A DNA stretch of 63,505 nt, counting the filler, from Nemertoderma westbladi (lineage: Eukaryota > Animalia > Xenacoelomorpha), in assembly GCA_032718475.1 (NCBI GenBank). It is 4 parts of 4 records of this genome, joined end to end, with 100 filler letters (N's around TTAATTAATTAA, not from the genome) between each part and the next. Parts side by side here need not be neighbours in the genome. Positions count along the whole stretch, not along the records: positions 1 to 15,285 come from JAUCBJ010001026.1; positions 15,386 to 30,657 come from JAUCBJ010008749.1; 2 more parts are not named here. One strand, given 5' to 3'. Each line of letters opens with the position of its first letter. Positions within the stretch are counted from its first letter, which is position 1. Made by a program: the position numbers and the translations under genes. Under the pieces are notes generated by a model, which saw nothing but the letters and a program-made list of their open reading frames with translations, did not search any database and was not told the DNA's origin. Below are positions 13,291 through 26,400 of this stretch, piece after piece.

Positions 13291-14204
13291 ACAATTGCCG
13301 TTATTCAATTTTTCATTTTTAGTGCTGTAGTAGAAAACAAAATATTTGTCGTAAAATTTATACAGTATGTATAACTTTAATTGTGTAAAAGTATACCACA
13401 CTTATTCAGTTAGTCTGTAGTTGCTACCGTAATGTTGTGCACCGGAAGTTCCGGTACCTATTCTGCTGTATGTATAGGCCTTTTGCCGCTCAGTTGACAA
13501 TGTCAGTCAATCTGCAGGTGTGCTGTGCACTTCTTCAATGTTAATTGCTACCTCTTACTATTTTAAATGTACGTTTTATATGACTGAAGAGAATTAACAT
13601 TTCTTTTCCCAACGAAACACAACGCAAAACATGGGATTAACATTCCTCAAGACATTACCGTAAACCCCCCCAATCCTCGACAATATTCCAGGATCTCTTG
13701 TACAGTATGTAACTATACATCTACAGACTATGATGCTTCTTAAAATTAATAGACAAATTTTCGAGCTTTCAATAGACATCAGATAGAATCTAGAGCTCCT
13801 TATTTTACTGCTCCTAATCATTTTTTTTTCCGTGGTTTTTGACGATATCAAGCAAAATTTTAAAAAATGTTAAATTCTGATGTGAAATGCAAAATTTTAA
13901 CCTACATGTCCATAGTCCAACTCGGAAGTAAATGTTTATTGATATTTGATTCAAATGGAGGGAATTTTAAAATGGTTAATTAAATAATGCATTAATATGG
14001 CTAATTATAAATCGTTGTAACTCTGGTGCAACACGACCATATTCAAGTGTTCAACGACCATATTCAATGAAATAATCATGTTTACGTAGAGAAATTAATG
14101 TATTTACTGTTGCTGTACTCAATATATCTTATCTTATATTATTAACTTATCCTGAAACGTTCTTTAATTTAGTTTTAGAAATATAATTCCTAGGAAGTTG
14201 TTAA

Positions 14205-15285
14205 CTATCTCGTGTTACTATCTCGGGATCCCGAGATACTATCTCGGGATCCCGAGTTAATATCTCGGGATCCCGAGTTAATATCTCGGGATCCCGAGTT
14301 AAAATTTCGGAATCCCGAGTTAATATCTCGGGATCCCGAGTTAATATCTCGGGATCCCGAGTTAATATCTCGGGATCCCGAGTTAATATCTCGGGATCCC
14401 GAGTTAATATCTCGGGATCCCGAGTTAAAATTTCGGAATCCCGAGTTAATATCTCGGGATCCCGAGTTAATATCTCGGGATACCGAGTTAATATCTCGGG
14501 ATCCAGAGTTAATATCTCGGGATCCCGAGTTAATATCTCGGGATCCCGAGTTAATATCTCGGGATCCCGACTAATATCTCGGCCTCGGGATCCCGAGTTA
14601 ATATCTCGGGATTCCGAGTTAATATATCGGGATCCCGAGTTAATATCTCGGGATTCCGAGTTAATATATCGGGATCCCGAGTTAATATCTCGGGATCCCG
14701 ACTAATATCTCGGCCTCGGGATCCCGAGTTAATATCTCGGGATTCCGAGTTGATATCTCGGGATCCCGAGTTAATATCTCGGGATCCCGAGTTAATATCT
14801 CGGGATCCCGACTAATATCTCGGCCTCGGGATCCCGACTAATATCTCGGCCTCGGGATCCCGAGTTAATATCTCGGGATTCCGAGTTAATATATCGGGAT
14901 CCCGAGTTAATATCTCGGGATCCCGACTAATATCTCGGCCTCGGGATCCCGAGTTAATATCTCGGGATTTCGAGTTAATATCTCGGGACCCCGAGTTAAT
15001 ATCTCGGGATCCCGATTAATATCTCGACCTCGGGATTCCGAGTTAATATCTCGGGATCCCGACTAATATATCGGGATCCCGAGTTAATATCTCGGGATCC
15101 CGACTAATATCTCGGCCTCGGGATTCCGAGTTAATATCTCGGGATTCCGAGTTGATATCTCGGTATCCCGAGTTAGTATCTCGGGATCCCGAGTTAGTAT
15201 CTCGGGATCCCGAGTTAATATCTCGGGACCCCGAGTTAATATCTCGGGATCCCGAGTTAATATCTCGGGATCCCGACTAATATAT
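14205..15285. repeat. 21-bp palindromic minisatellite (TATCTCGGGATCCCGAGTTAA), about 50 copies, runs to the contig end
   Basis: Most units contain the perfect 14-bp palindrome CTCGGGATCCCGAG. Confidence 0.98.
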
Positions 15286-15385
15286 NNNNNNNNNNNNNNN
15301 NNNNNNNNNNNNNNNNNNNNNNNNNNNNNTTAATTAATTAANNNNNNNNNNNNNNNNNNNNNNNNNNNNNNNNNNNNNNNNNNNN
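15286..15385. other. Artificial contig spacer (44 N + TTAATTAATTAA + 44 N)
   Basis: An identical 100-bp structure occurs three times, and the 12-mer places stops in all six frames. Confidence 0.97.
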
Positions 15386-15989
15386 TAGTAAAAAGCGCGC
15401 TATTTGCGGTAACGGTAGTACCGAACGATCCCTGTAATCTGAGATTGAGAATCGTTGCACTAGAGTTGTCCACTTTACACCGGTTTTATTATTTATCAAA
15501 GCTGTTTTTTTACAAATTCTACAGACCTGAGATATAGCGATTTTTATATCTGAAGTCTCTGGACTGGACGCAGCTATTAGGATATGGTGCATTTTTTCGC
15601 ACTTTGGTTCTCCATTCCATTGGACTTGGAATTCGAGATACCGGGTTCAATACCACATTTATGTTTTTCGACGAAAATATTTAGGTCTTGTAAAATAGGT
15701 TTAATTGAAACTTGAAAGCATGATTCAGTTGGTAGTAAGCCATTGAAGGAGGAGACACATAAAGTTCATGAGTTATTAGACGCGGACCTTAGAAGAGCGC
15801 TTGTTTTATATTTATTTATACATTGCCCGCCTTCTAATTCCCTTTGATGTGGTTCAAATAAATTATGTGTGCTAATTATTACATATTTTCTATTCATCTT
15901 TTCTATCGGAATGTTCAATACATTTTATTCCTGTCTTACGTTATATTTTCGAACACATTTTGTCTTTTTCATATTCTCATAGTGTTTGT

Positions 15990-16403
15990 TTACCAGAACT
16001 TGGCGACAGTTTGGGGTCTGGGCATTGGCGGCAAATAGGAGCGATTGTAGTTGGCGTTAATGCGGTTGATAACGGAAGCCATACTGGTCGAGGGTCTAAG
16101 GAAGGGGTTGGGAAGGTCCCTAGCGGCGGGGTATGTTTCCCTGGTTGGTATGGTAACCGCGTGACCGCCCAACCTTCGGACCACTGTGTGCGCTGGGGTC
16201 CCGGGCTGCCGGGACCGGTTGGTGTAGCTGTACCGCTGTAGCTCCCGACGGGAGTAAACTAGTCGGCCGTCTGTCGTAGACAGTCGTACGTGGTTGCTAA
16301 GCGGGGTTGCTATGGATGCACTCGAGGTGTAGATGTTTCTAGAACTATTTACAGACCACATGGGCTGGTTGAGTACAGGTAGTGTTACTGTTTCCTTTAC
16401 CAT
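15990..16403 (-). CDS. 137-aa hypothetical protein (Arg/Pro/Ser/Thr-rich), possibly ciliary
   Basis: GC-richer ORF inside AT-rich flanks. A possible acceptor CGCAG lies 2 nt before the ATG, there is an AATAAA on the minus strand near 15923, and an X-box lies upstream. No domain recognised. Confidence 0.6.
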   Translation of the reverse strand: MVKETVTLPVLNQPMWSVNSSRNIYTSSASIATPLSNHVRLSTTDGRLVYSRRELQRYSYTNRSRQPGTPAHTVVRRLGGHAVTIPTRETYPAARDLPNPFLRPSTSMASVINRINANYNRSYLPPMPRPQTVAKFW

Positions 16404-16831
16404 GACTGCGATCAGGTATAATTAAAGCGTCGATATTCAGCAAATAATATTTAATTAATTAATATTAAGAAAAAAATCGTAATAAATTCACTTTATTTAA
16501 TTGAAAAATACCACATTTTACAAATGTAGAAATCTTATAATTATAATAGGTCGTACGTGTTCGACCTATACAATAATGTTGAACTATTTATTAGACATAA
16601 TAAATATATTCACTGAACTGTCTTGTGTTTTGATTGAAACCATAGCTGATTTACAAAGTGTGCCAAATGAGTTACCAATCTGGGTTTGGTACTCAATTGT
16701 TTTGCTACATACTTAAACCCGCCTGCCAACTAACTAATATAATTTTTTATATTACTATAAAGAACAGCAATATATTTGAATATTATTGATTCCCAAAAAG
16801 TGATTAGTAATAATAAAATAAAATAATACGC

Positions 16832-16964
16832 ATTGGTTGCCCCATTAATTCTTCCATCGGTCGCTATAGTAACCAATATAGCAGCAGCAGCGTGCTACAT
16901 TCATACAAACATGTACCTCAGTAAATATCAACGCCCCTACAATATAGAGCACGCTGTGACGTCA
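16832..16964. promoter_or_regulatory. Promoter-like module: RFX X-box, two CCAAT boxes and a CRE site
   Basis: GTCGCTATAGTAAC at 16860-16873 fits the X-box consensus GTHNYY-AT-RRNAAC. ATTGG lies at 16832, CCAAT at 16873 and TGACGTCA at 16957-16964. Confidence 0.55.
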
Positions 16965-17318
16965 TCATTATTATCTAAAATTGGTATATAGCCTAGGAAC
17001 TACACAGCAATAAGTAACTTAAAAAATATAATACTACACAGTATCTGTCAAAAAAATTAATACACGCAAATGTTGATGGTGCTTGTAAGTCGGCCATTTT
17101 ATAATAAAATTAAAAGATTTTTTCACATTCGGAATCCTTGTAGAATTCGCCGTCCGCGTATTTCTTAAGAAATAATATGTTTTGTAACTTTCTACAACAC
17201 ACAAACAATGACAGGAAGGTTCCTGAACAATGCTATTTCAGTGGAAACTTAATTTTATTTGCAAAATACCTGCAAAAAGAGTCTCATGCAATCTCAATAA
17301 GATTTGTAGACAAATTGT

Positions 17319-17349
17319 GGGGGGTGGGGGGGGGGGGGGGGGGGGGGGG
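17319..17349 (+). repeat. Poly-G tract (G6-T-G24)
   Basis: Directly visible. Confidence 0.95.
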
Positions 17350-17448
17350 ACAAGCCGAAGCCACTGAATTACGAGATGGTGTATATGATGTGGCCATTCC
17401 AGGACATTATATATATGGCTAAATATTAAGGGGAATTATTTACTTTAG

Positions 17449-20400
17449 GTTATTGTTTGTTGTATTTGGTCTACCCCCTCCTAGGTTATTGTTTGTTGTA
17501 TTTGGTCTACCCCCTTCTAGGTTATTGTTTGTTGTATTTGGTCTACCCCCTTCTAGGTTATTGTTTGTTGTATTTGGTCTACCCCCTTCTAGGTTATTGT
17601 TTGTTGTATTTGGTCTACCCCCTTCTAGGTTATTGTTTGTTGTATTTGGTCTACCCCCTTCTAGGTTATTGTTTGTTGTATTTGGTCTACCCCCTTCTAG
17701 ATTATTGTTTGTTGTATTTGGTCTAACCCCTTCTAGGTTATTGTTTGTTGTATTTGGTCTACCCCCTTCTAGGTTATTGTTTGTTGTATTTGGTCTACCC
17801 CCTTCTAGATTATTGTTTGTTGTATTTGGTCTACCCCCTTCTAGATTATTGTTTGTTGTATTTGGTCTACCCCCTTCTAGGTTATTGTTTGTTGTATTTG
17901 GTCTACCTCCTTCTAGGTTATTGTTTGTTGTATTTGGTCTACTCCCTTCTAGGTTATTGTTTGTTGTATTTGGTCTACCCCCTTCTAGGTTATTGTTTGT
18001 TGTATTTGGTCTACCCCCTTCTAGATTATTGTTTGTTGTATTTGGTCTACCCCCTTCTATATTATTGTTTGTTGTATTTGGTCTACCCCCTTCTAGGTTA
18101 TTGTTTGTTGTATTTGGTCTACCCCCTTCTAGATTATTGTTTGTTGTATTTGGTCTAACCCCTTCTAGGTTATTGTTTGTTGTATTTGGTCTACCCCCTT
18201 CTAGGTTATTGTTTGTTGTATTTGGTCTACCCCCTTCTAGATTATTGTTTGTTGTATTTGGTCTACCCCCTTCTAGATTATTGTTTGTTGTATTTGGTCT
18301 ACCCCCTTCTAGGTTATTGTTTGTTGTATTTGGTCTACCCCCTCCTAGGTTATTGTTTGTTGTATTTGGTCTACCCCCTTCTAGGTTATTGTTTGTTGTA
18401 TTTGGTCTACCCCCTTCTAGGTTATTGTTTGTTGTATTTGGTCTACCCCCTTCTAGGTTATTGTTTGTTGTATTTGGTCTACCCCCTTCTAGGTTATTGT
18501 TTGTTGTATTTGGTCTACCCCCTTCTAGGTTATTGTTTGTTGTATTTGGTCTACCCCCTTCTAGATTATTGTTTGTTGTATTTGGTCTAACCCCTTCTAG
18601 GTTATTGTTTGTTGTATTTGGTCTACCCCCTTCTAGGTTATTGTTTGTTGTATTTGGTCTACCCCCTTCTAGATTATTGTTTGTTGTATTTGGTCTACCC
18701 CCTTCTAGATTATTGTTTGTTGTATTTGGTCTACCCCCTTCTAGGTTATTGTTTGTTGTATTTGGTCTACCTCCTTCTAGGTTATTGTTTGTTGTATTTG
18801 GTCTACTCCCTTCTAGGTTATTGTTTGTTGTATTTGGTCTACCCCCTTCTAGGTTATTGTTTGTTGTATTTGGTCTACCCCCTTCTAGATTATTGTTTGT
18901 TGTATTTGGTCTACCCCCTACTATATTATTGTTTGTTGTATTTGGTCTACCCCCTTCTAGGTTATTGTTTGTTGTATTTGGTCTACCCCCTTCTAGATTA
19001 TTGTTTGTTGTATTTGGTCTACCCCCTTCTAGATTATTGTTTGTTGTATTTGGTCTAACCCCTTCTAGGTTAATGTTTGTTGTATTTGGTCTACCCCCTT
19101 CTAGGTTATTGTTTGTTGTATTTGGTCTACTCCCTTCTAGGTTATTGTTTGTTGTATTTGGTCTACCCCCTTCTAGGTTATTGTTTGTTGTATTTGGTCT
19201 ACCCCCTTCTAGGTTATTGTTTGTTGTATTTGGTCTACCCCCTTCTAGGTTATTGTTTGTTGTATTTGGTCTACCCCCTTCTAGGTTATTGTTTGTTGTA
19301 TTTGGTCTACCCCCTTCTAGGTTATTGTTTGTTGTATTTGGTCTACCCCCTTCTAGGTTATTGTTTGTTGTATTTGGTCTACCTCCTTCTAGGTTATTGT
19401 TTGTTGTATTTGGTCTACCCCCTTCTAGATTATTGTTTGTTGTATTTGGTCTACCCCCTTCTAGATTATTGTTTGTTGTATTTGGTCTACCCCCTTCTAG
19501 GTTATTGTTTGTTGTATTTGGTCTACCCCCTTCTAGGTTATTGTTTGTTGTATTTGGTCTACTCCCTTCTAGGTTATTGTTTGTTGTATTTGGTCTACCC
19601 CCTTCTAGGTTATTGTTTGTTGTATTTGGTCTACCTCCTTCTAGGTTATTGTTTGTTGTATTTGGTCTACTCCCTTCTAGGTTATTGTTTGTTGTATTTG
19701 GTCTACCCCCTTCTAGGTTATTGTTTGTTGTATTTGGTCTACCCCCTTCTAGATTATTGTTTGTTGTATTTGGTCTACCCCCTTCTAGATTATTGTTTGT
19801 TGTATTTGGTCTAACCCCTTCTAGGTTAATGTTTGTTGTATTTGGTCTACCCCCTTCTAGGTTATTGTTTGTTGTATTTGGTCTACCCCCTTCTAGGTTA
19901 TTGTTTGTTGTATTTGGTCTACCCCCTTCTAGATTATTGTTTGTTGTATTTGGTCTACCCCCTTCTAGATTATTGTTTGTTGTATTTGGTCTACCCCCTT
20001 CTAGGTTATTGTTTGTTGTATTTGGTCTACCCCCTTCTAGGTTATTGTTTGTTGTATTTGGTCTACCCCCTTCTAGGTTATTGTTTGTTGTATTTGGTCT
20101 ACCCCCTTCTAGGTTATTGTTTGTTGTATTTGGTCTACCCCCTTCTAGGTTATTGTTTGTTGTATTTGGTCTACCCCCTTCTAGATTATTGTTTGTTGTA
20201 TTTGGTCTACCCCCTTCTAGATTATTGTTTGTTGTATTTGGTCTACCCCCTTCTAGGTTATTGTTTGTTGTATTTGGTCTACCTCCTTCTAGGTTATTGT
20301 TTGTTGTATTTGGTCTACTCCCTTCTAGGTTATTGTTTGTTGTATTTGGTCTACCCCCTTCTAGATTATTGTTTGTTGTATTTGGTCTACCCCCTTCTAG

Positions 20401-23400
20401 GTTATTGTTTGTTGTATTTGGTCTACCCCCTTCTAGGTTATTGTTTGTTGTATTTGGTCTACCCCCTTCTAGGTTATTGTTTGTTGTATTTGGTCTACCC
20501 CCTTCTAGGTTATTGTTTGTTGTATTTGGTCTACCCCCTTCTAGGTTATTGTTTGTTGTATTTGGTCTACCCCCTTCTAGGTTATTGTTTGTTGTATTTG
20601 GTCTACCCCCTTCTAGGTTATTGTTTGTTGTATTTGGTCTACCCCCTTCTAGGTTATTGTTTGTTGTATTTGGTCTACCCCCTTCTAGGTTATTGTTTGT
20701 TGTATTTGGTCTACCCCCTTCTAGGTTATTGTTTGTTGTATTTGGTCTACCCCCTTCTAGGTTATTGTTTGTTGTATTTGGTCTACCCCCTTCTAGGTTA
20801 TTGTTTGTTGTATTTGGTCTACCCCCTTCTAGGTTATTGTTTGTTGTATTTGGTCTACCCCCTTCTAGGTTATTGTTTGTTGTATTTGGTCTACCCCCTT
20901 CTAGGTTATTGTTTGTTGTATTTGGTCTACCCCCTTCTAGGTTATTGTTTGTTGTATTTGGTCTACCTCCTTCTAGGTTATTGTTTGTTGTATTTGGTCT
21001 ACCCCCTTCTAGGTTATTGTTTGTTGTATTTGGTCTACCCCCTTCTAGGTTATTGTTTGTTGTATTTGGTCTACCCCCTTCTAGATTATTGTTTGTTGTA
21101 TTTGGTCTACCCCCTTCTAGGTTATTGTTTGTTGTATTTGGTCTACCCCCTTCTAGGTTATTGTTTGTTGTATTTGGTCTACCCCCTTCTAGGTTATTGT
21201 TTGTTGTATTTGGTCTACCCCCTTCTAGATTATTGTTTGTTGTATTTGGTCTACCCCCTTCTAGGTTATTGTTTGTTGTATTTGGTCTACCCCCTTCTAG
21301 GTTATTGTTTGTTGTATTTGGTCTACCCCCTTCTAGGTTATTGTTTGTTGTATTTGGTCTACCACCTTCTAGGTTATTGTTTGTTGTATTTGGTCTACCT
21401 CCTTCTAGGTTATTGTTTGTTGTATTTGGTCTACCCCCTTCTAGGTTATTGTTTCTTGTATTTGGTCTACCCCCTTCTAGATTATTGTTTGTTGTATTTG
21501 GTCTACCCCCATTCTAGGTTATTGTTTGTTGTATTTGGTCTACCCCCTTCTAGGTTATTGTTTGTTGTATTTGGTCTACCCCCTTCTAGGTTATTGTTTC
21601 TTGTATTTGGTCTACCCCCTTCTAGATTATTGTTTGTTGTATTTGGTCTACCCCCTTCTAGATTATTGTTTGTTGTATTTGGTCTACCCCCTTCTAGATT
21701 ATTGTTTGTTGTATTTGGTCTACCCCCTTCTAGATTATTGTTTGTTGTATTTGGTCTACCCCCTTCTAGATTATTGTTTGTTGTATTTGGTCTACCCCCT
21801 TCTAGATTATTGTTTGTTGTATTTGGTCTACCCCCTTCTAGATTATTGTTTCTTGTATTTGGTCTACCCCCTTCTAGATTATTGTTTGTTGTATTTGGTC
21901 TACCCCCTTCTAGGTTATTGTTTGTTGTATTTGGTCTACCCCCTTCTAGGTTATTGTTTGTTGTATTTGGTCTACCCCCTTCTAGATTATTGTTTGTTGT
22001 ATTTGGTCTACCCCCTTCTAGATTATTGTTTGTTGTATTTGGTCTACCCCCTTCTAGATTATTGTTTGTTGTATTTGGTCTACCCCCTTCTAGGTTATTG
22101 TTTGTTGTATTTGGTCTACCCCCTTCTAGGTTATTGTTTGTTGTATTTGGTCTACCCCCTTCTAGGTTATTGTTTGTTGTATTTGGTCTACCCCCTTCTA
22201 GGTTATTGTTTGTTGTATTTGGTCTACCCCCTTCTAGATTATTGTTTGTTGTATTTGGTCTACCCCCTTCTAGGTTATTGTTTGTTGTATTTGGTCTACC
22301 CCCTTCTAGGTTATTGTTTGTTGTATTTGGTCTACCCCCTTCTAGGTTATTGTTTGTTGTATTTGGTCTACCCCCTTCTAGGTTATTGTTTGTTGTATTT
22401 GGTCTACCCCCTTCTAGGTTATTGTTTGTTGTATTTGGTCTACCCCCTTCTAGGTTATTGTTTGTTGTATTTGGTCTACCCCCTTCTAGGTTATTGTTTG
22501 TTGTATTTGGTCTACCCCCTTCTAGGTTATTGTTTGTTGTATTTGGTCTACCCCCTTCTAGGTTATTGTTTGTTGTATTTGGTCTACCCCCTTCTAGGTT
22601 ATTGTTTGTTGTATTTGGTCTACCCCCTTCTAGGTTATTGTTTGTTGTATTTGGTCTACCCCCTTCTAGGTTATTGTTTGTTGTATTTGGTCTACCCCCT
22701 TCTAGGTTATTGTTTGTTGTATTTGGTCTACCCCCTTCTAGGTTATTGTTTGTTGTATTTGGTCTACCCCCTTCTAGGTTATTGTTTGTTGTATTTGGTC
22801 TACCCCCTTCTAGGTTATTGTTTGTTGTATTTGGTCTACCCCCTTCTAGGTTATTGTTTGTTGTATTTGGTCTACCCCCTTCTAGATTATTGTTTGTTGT
22901 ATTTGGTCTACCCCCTTCTAGGTTATTGTTTGTTGTATTTGGTCTACCCCCTTCTAGGTTATTGTTTGTTGTATTTGGTCTACCCCCTTCTAGGTTATTG
23001 TTTGTTGTATTTGGTCTACCCCCTTCTAGATTATTGTTTGTTGTATTTGGTCTACCCCCTTCTAGGTTATTGTTTGTTGTATTTGGTCTACCCCCTTCTA
23101 GGTTATTGTTTGTTGTATTTGGTCTACCCCCTTCTAGGTTATTGTTTGTTGTATTTGGTCTACCCCCTTCTAGGTTATTGTTTGTTGTATTTGGTCTACC
23201 CCCTTCTAGGTTATTGTTTGTTGTATTTGGTCTACCCCCTTCTAGGTTATTGTTTGTTGTATTTGGTCTACCCCCTTCTAGATTATTGTTTGTTGTATTT
23301 GGTCTACCCCCTTCTAGGTTATTGTTTGTTGTATTTGGTCTACCCCCTTCTAGGTTATTGTTTGTTGTATTTGGTCTACCCCCTTCTAGGTTATTGTTTG

Positions 23401-26400
23401 TTGTATTTGGTCTACCCCCTTCTAGGTTATTGTTTGTTGTATTTGGTCTACCCCCTTCTAGGTTATTGTTTGTTGTATTTGGTCTACCCCCTTCTAGGTT
23501 ATTGTTTGTTGTATTTGGTCTACCCCCTTCTAGGTTATTGTTTGTTGTATTTGGTCTACCCCCTTCTAGGTTATTGTTTGTTGTATTTGGTCTACCCCCT
23601 TCTAGGTTATTGTTTGTTGTATTTGGTCTACCCCCTTCTAGGTTATTGTTTGTTGTATTTGGTCTACCCCCTTCTAGGTTATTGTTTGTTGTATTTGGTC
23701 TACCCCCTTCTAGGTTATTGTTTGTTGTATTTGGTCTACCCCCTTCTAGGTTATTGTTTGTTGTATTTGGTCTACCCCCTTCTAGGTTATTGTTTGTTGT
23801 ATTTGGTCTACCCCCTTCTAGGTTATTGTTTGTTGTATTTGGTCTACCCCCTTCTAGGTTATTGTTTGTTGTATTTGGTCTACCCCCTTCTAGGTTATTG
23901 TTTGTTGTATTTGGTCTACCCCCTTCTAGGTTATTGTTTGTTGTATTTGGTCTACCCCCTTCTAGGTTATTGTTTGTTGTATTTGGTCTACCCCCTTCTA
24001 GGTTATTGTTTGTTGTATTTGGTCTACCCCCTTCTAGGTTATTGTTTGTTGTATTTGGTCTACCCCCTTCTAGGTTATTGTTTGTTGTATTTGGTCTACC
24101 CCCTTCTAGGTTATTGTTTGTTGTATTTGGTCTACCCCCTTCTAGGTTATTGTTTGTTGTATTTGGTCTACCCCCTTCTAGGTTATTGTTTGTTGTATTT
24201 GGTCTACCCCCTTCTAGGTTATTGTTTGTTGTATTTGGTCTACCCCCTTCTAGGTTATTGTTTGTTGTATTTGGTCTACCCCCTTCTAGGTTATTGTTTG
24301 TTGTATTTGGTCTACCCCCTTCTAGGTTATTGTTTGTTGTATTTGGTCTACCCCCTTCTAGGTTATTGTTTGTTGTATTTGGTCTACCCCCTTCTAGGTT
24401 ATTGTTTGTTGTATTTGGTCTACCCCCTTCTAGGTTATTGTTTGTTGTATTTGGTCTACCCCCTTCTAGGTTATTGTTTGTTGTATTTGGTCTACCCCCT
24501 TCTAGGTTATTGTTTGTTGTATTTGGTCTACCCCCTTCTAGGTTATTGTTTGTTGTATTTGGTCTACCCCCTTCTAGGTTATTGTTTGTTGTATTTGGTC
24601 TACCCCCTTCTAGGTTATTGTTTGTTGTATTTGGTCTACCCCCTTCTAGGTTATTGTTTGTTGTATTTGGTCTACCCCCTTCTAGGTTATTGTTTGTTGT
24701 ATTTGGTCTACCCCCTTCTAGGTTATTGTTTGTTGTATTTGGTCTACCCCCTTCTAGGTTATTGTTTGTTGTATTTGGTCTACCCCCTTCTAGGTTATTG
24801 TTTGTTGTATTTGGTCTACCCCCTTCTAGATTATTGTTTGTTGTATTTGGTCTACCCCCTTCTAGGTTATTGTTTGTTGTATTTGGTCTACCCCCTTCTA
24901 GGTTATTGTTTGTTGTATTTGGTCTACCCCCTTCTAGGTTATTGTTTGTTGTATTTGGTCTACCCCCTTCTAGATTATTGTTTGTTGTATTTGGTCTACC
25001 CCCTTCTAGGTTATTGTTTGTTGTATTTGGTCTACCCCCTTCTAGGTTATTGTTTGTTGTATTTGGTCTACCCCCTTCTAGGTTATTGTTTGTTGTATTT
25101 GGTCTACCCCCTTCTAGGTTATTGTTTGTTGTATTTGGTCTACCCCCTTCTAGGTTATTGTTTGTTGTATTTGGTCTACCCCCTTCTAGGTTATTGTTTG
25201 TTGTATTTGGTCTACCCCCTTCTAGGTTATTGTTTGTTGTATTTGGTCTACCCCCTTCTAGGTTATTGTTTGTTGTATTTGGTCTACCCCCTTCTAGGTT
25301 ATTGTTTGTTGTATTTGGTCTACCCCCTTCTAGGTTATTGTTTGTTGTATTTGGTCTACCCCCTTCTAGATTATTGTTTGTTGTATTTGGTCTACCCCCT
25401 TCTAGGTTATTGTTTGTTGTATTTGGTCTACCCCCTTCTAGGTTATTGTTTGTTGTATTTGGTCTACCCCCTTCTAGGTTATTGTTTGTTGTATTTGGTC
25501 TACCCCCTTCTAGGTTATTGTTTGTTGTATTTGGTCTACCCCCTTCTAGGTTATTGTTTGTTGTATTTGGTCTACCCCCTTCTAGGTTATTGTTTGTTGT
25601 ATTTGGTCTACCCCCTTCTAGGTTATTGTTTGTTGTATTTGGTCTACCCCCTTCTAGGTTATTGTTTGTTGTATTTGGTCTACCCCCTTCTAGGTTATTG
25701 TTTGTTGTATTTGGTCTACCCCCTTCTAGGTTATTGTTTGTTGTATTTGGTCTACCCCCTTCTAGGTTATTGTTTGTTGTATTTGGTCTACCCCCTTCTA
25801 GGTTATTGTTTGTTGTATTTGGTCTACCCCCTTCTAGGTTATTGTTTGTTGTATTTGGTCTACCCCCTTCTAGGTTATTGTTTGTTGTATTTGGTCTACC
25901 CCCTTCTAGGTTATTGTTTGTTGTATTTGGTCTACCCCCTTCTAGGTTATTGTTTGTTGTATTTGGTCTACCCCCTTCTAGGTTATTGTTTGTTGTATTT
26001 GGTCTACCCCCTTCTAGGTTATTGTTTGTTGTATTTGGTCTACCCCCTTCTAGGTTATTGTTTGTTGTATTTGGTCTACCCCCTTCTAGGTTATTGTTTG
26101 TTGTATTTGGTCTACCCCCTTCTAGGTTATTGTTTGTTGTATTTGGTCTACCCCCTTCTAGGTTATTGTTTGTTGTATTTGGTCTACCCCCTTCTAGGTT
26201 ATTGTTTGTTGTATTTGGTCTACCCCCTTCTAGGTTATTGTTTGTTGTATTTGGTCTACCCCCTTCTAGGTTATTGTTTGTTGTATTTGGTCTACCCCCT
26301 TCTAGGTTATTGTTTGTTGTATTTGGTCTACCCCCTTCTAGGTTATTGTTTGTTGTATTTGGTCTACCCCCTTCTAGGTTATTGTTTGTTGTATTTGGTC

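Noticed and set aside
14212-14574. 120-aa ORF (ISRDPEL)n
   Set aside because: It is a translation of the 21-bp minisatellite.
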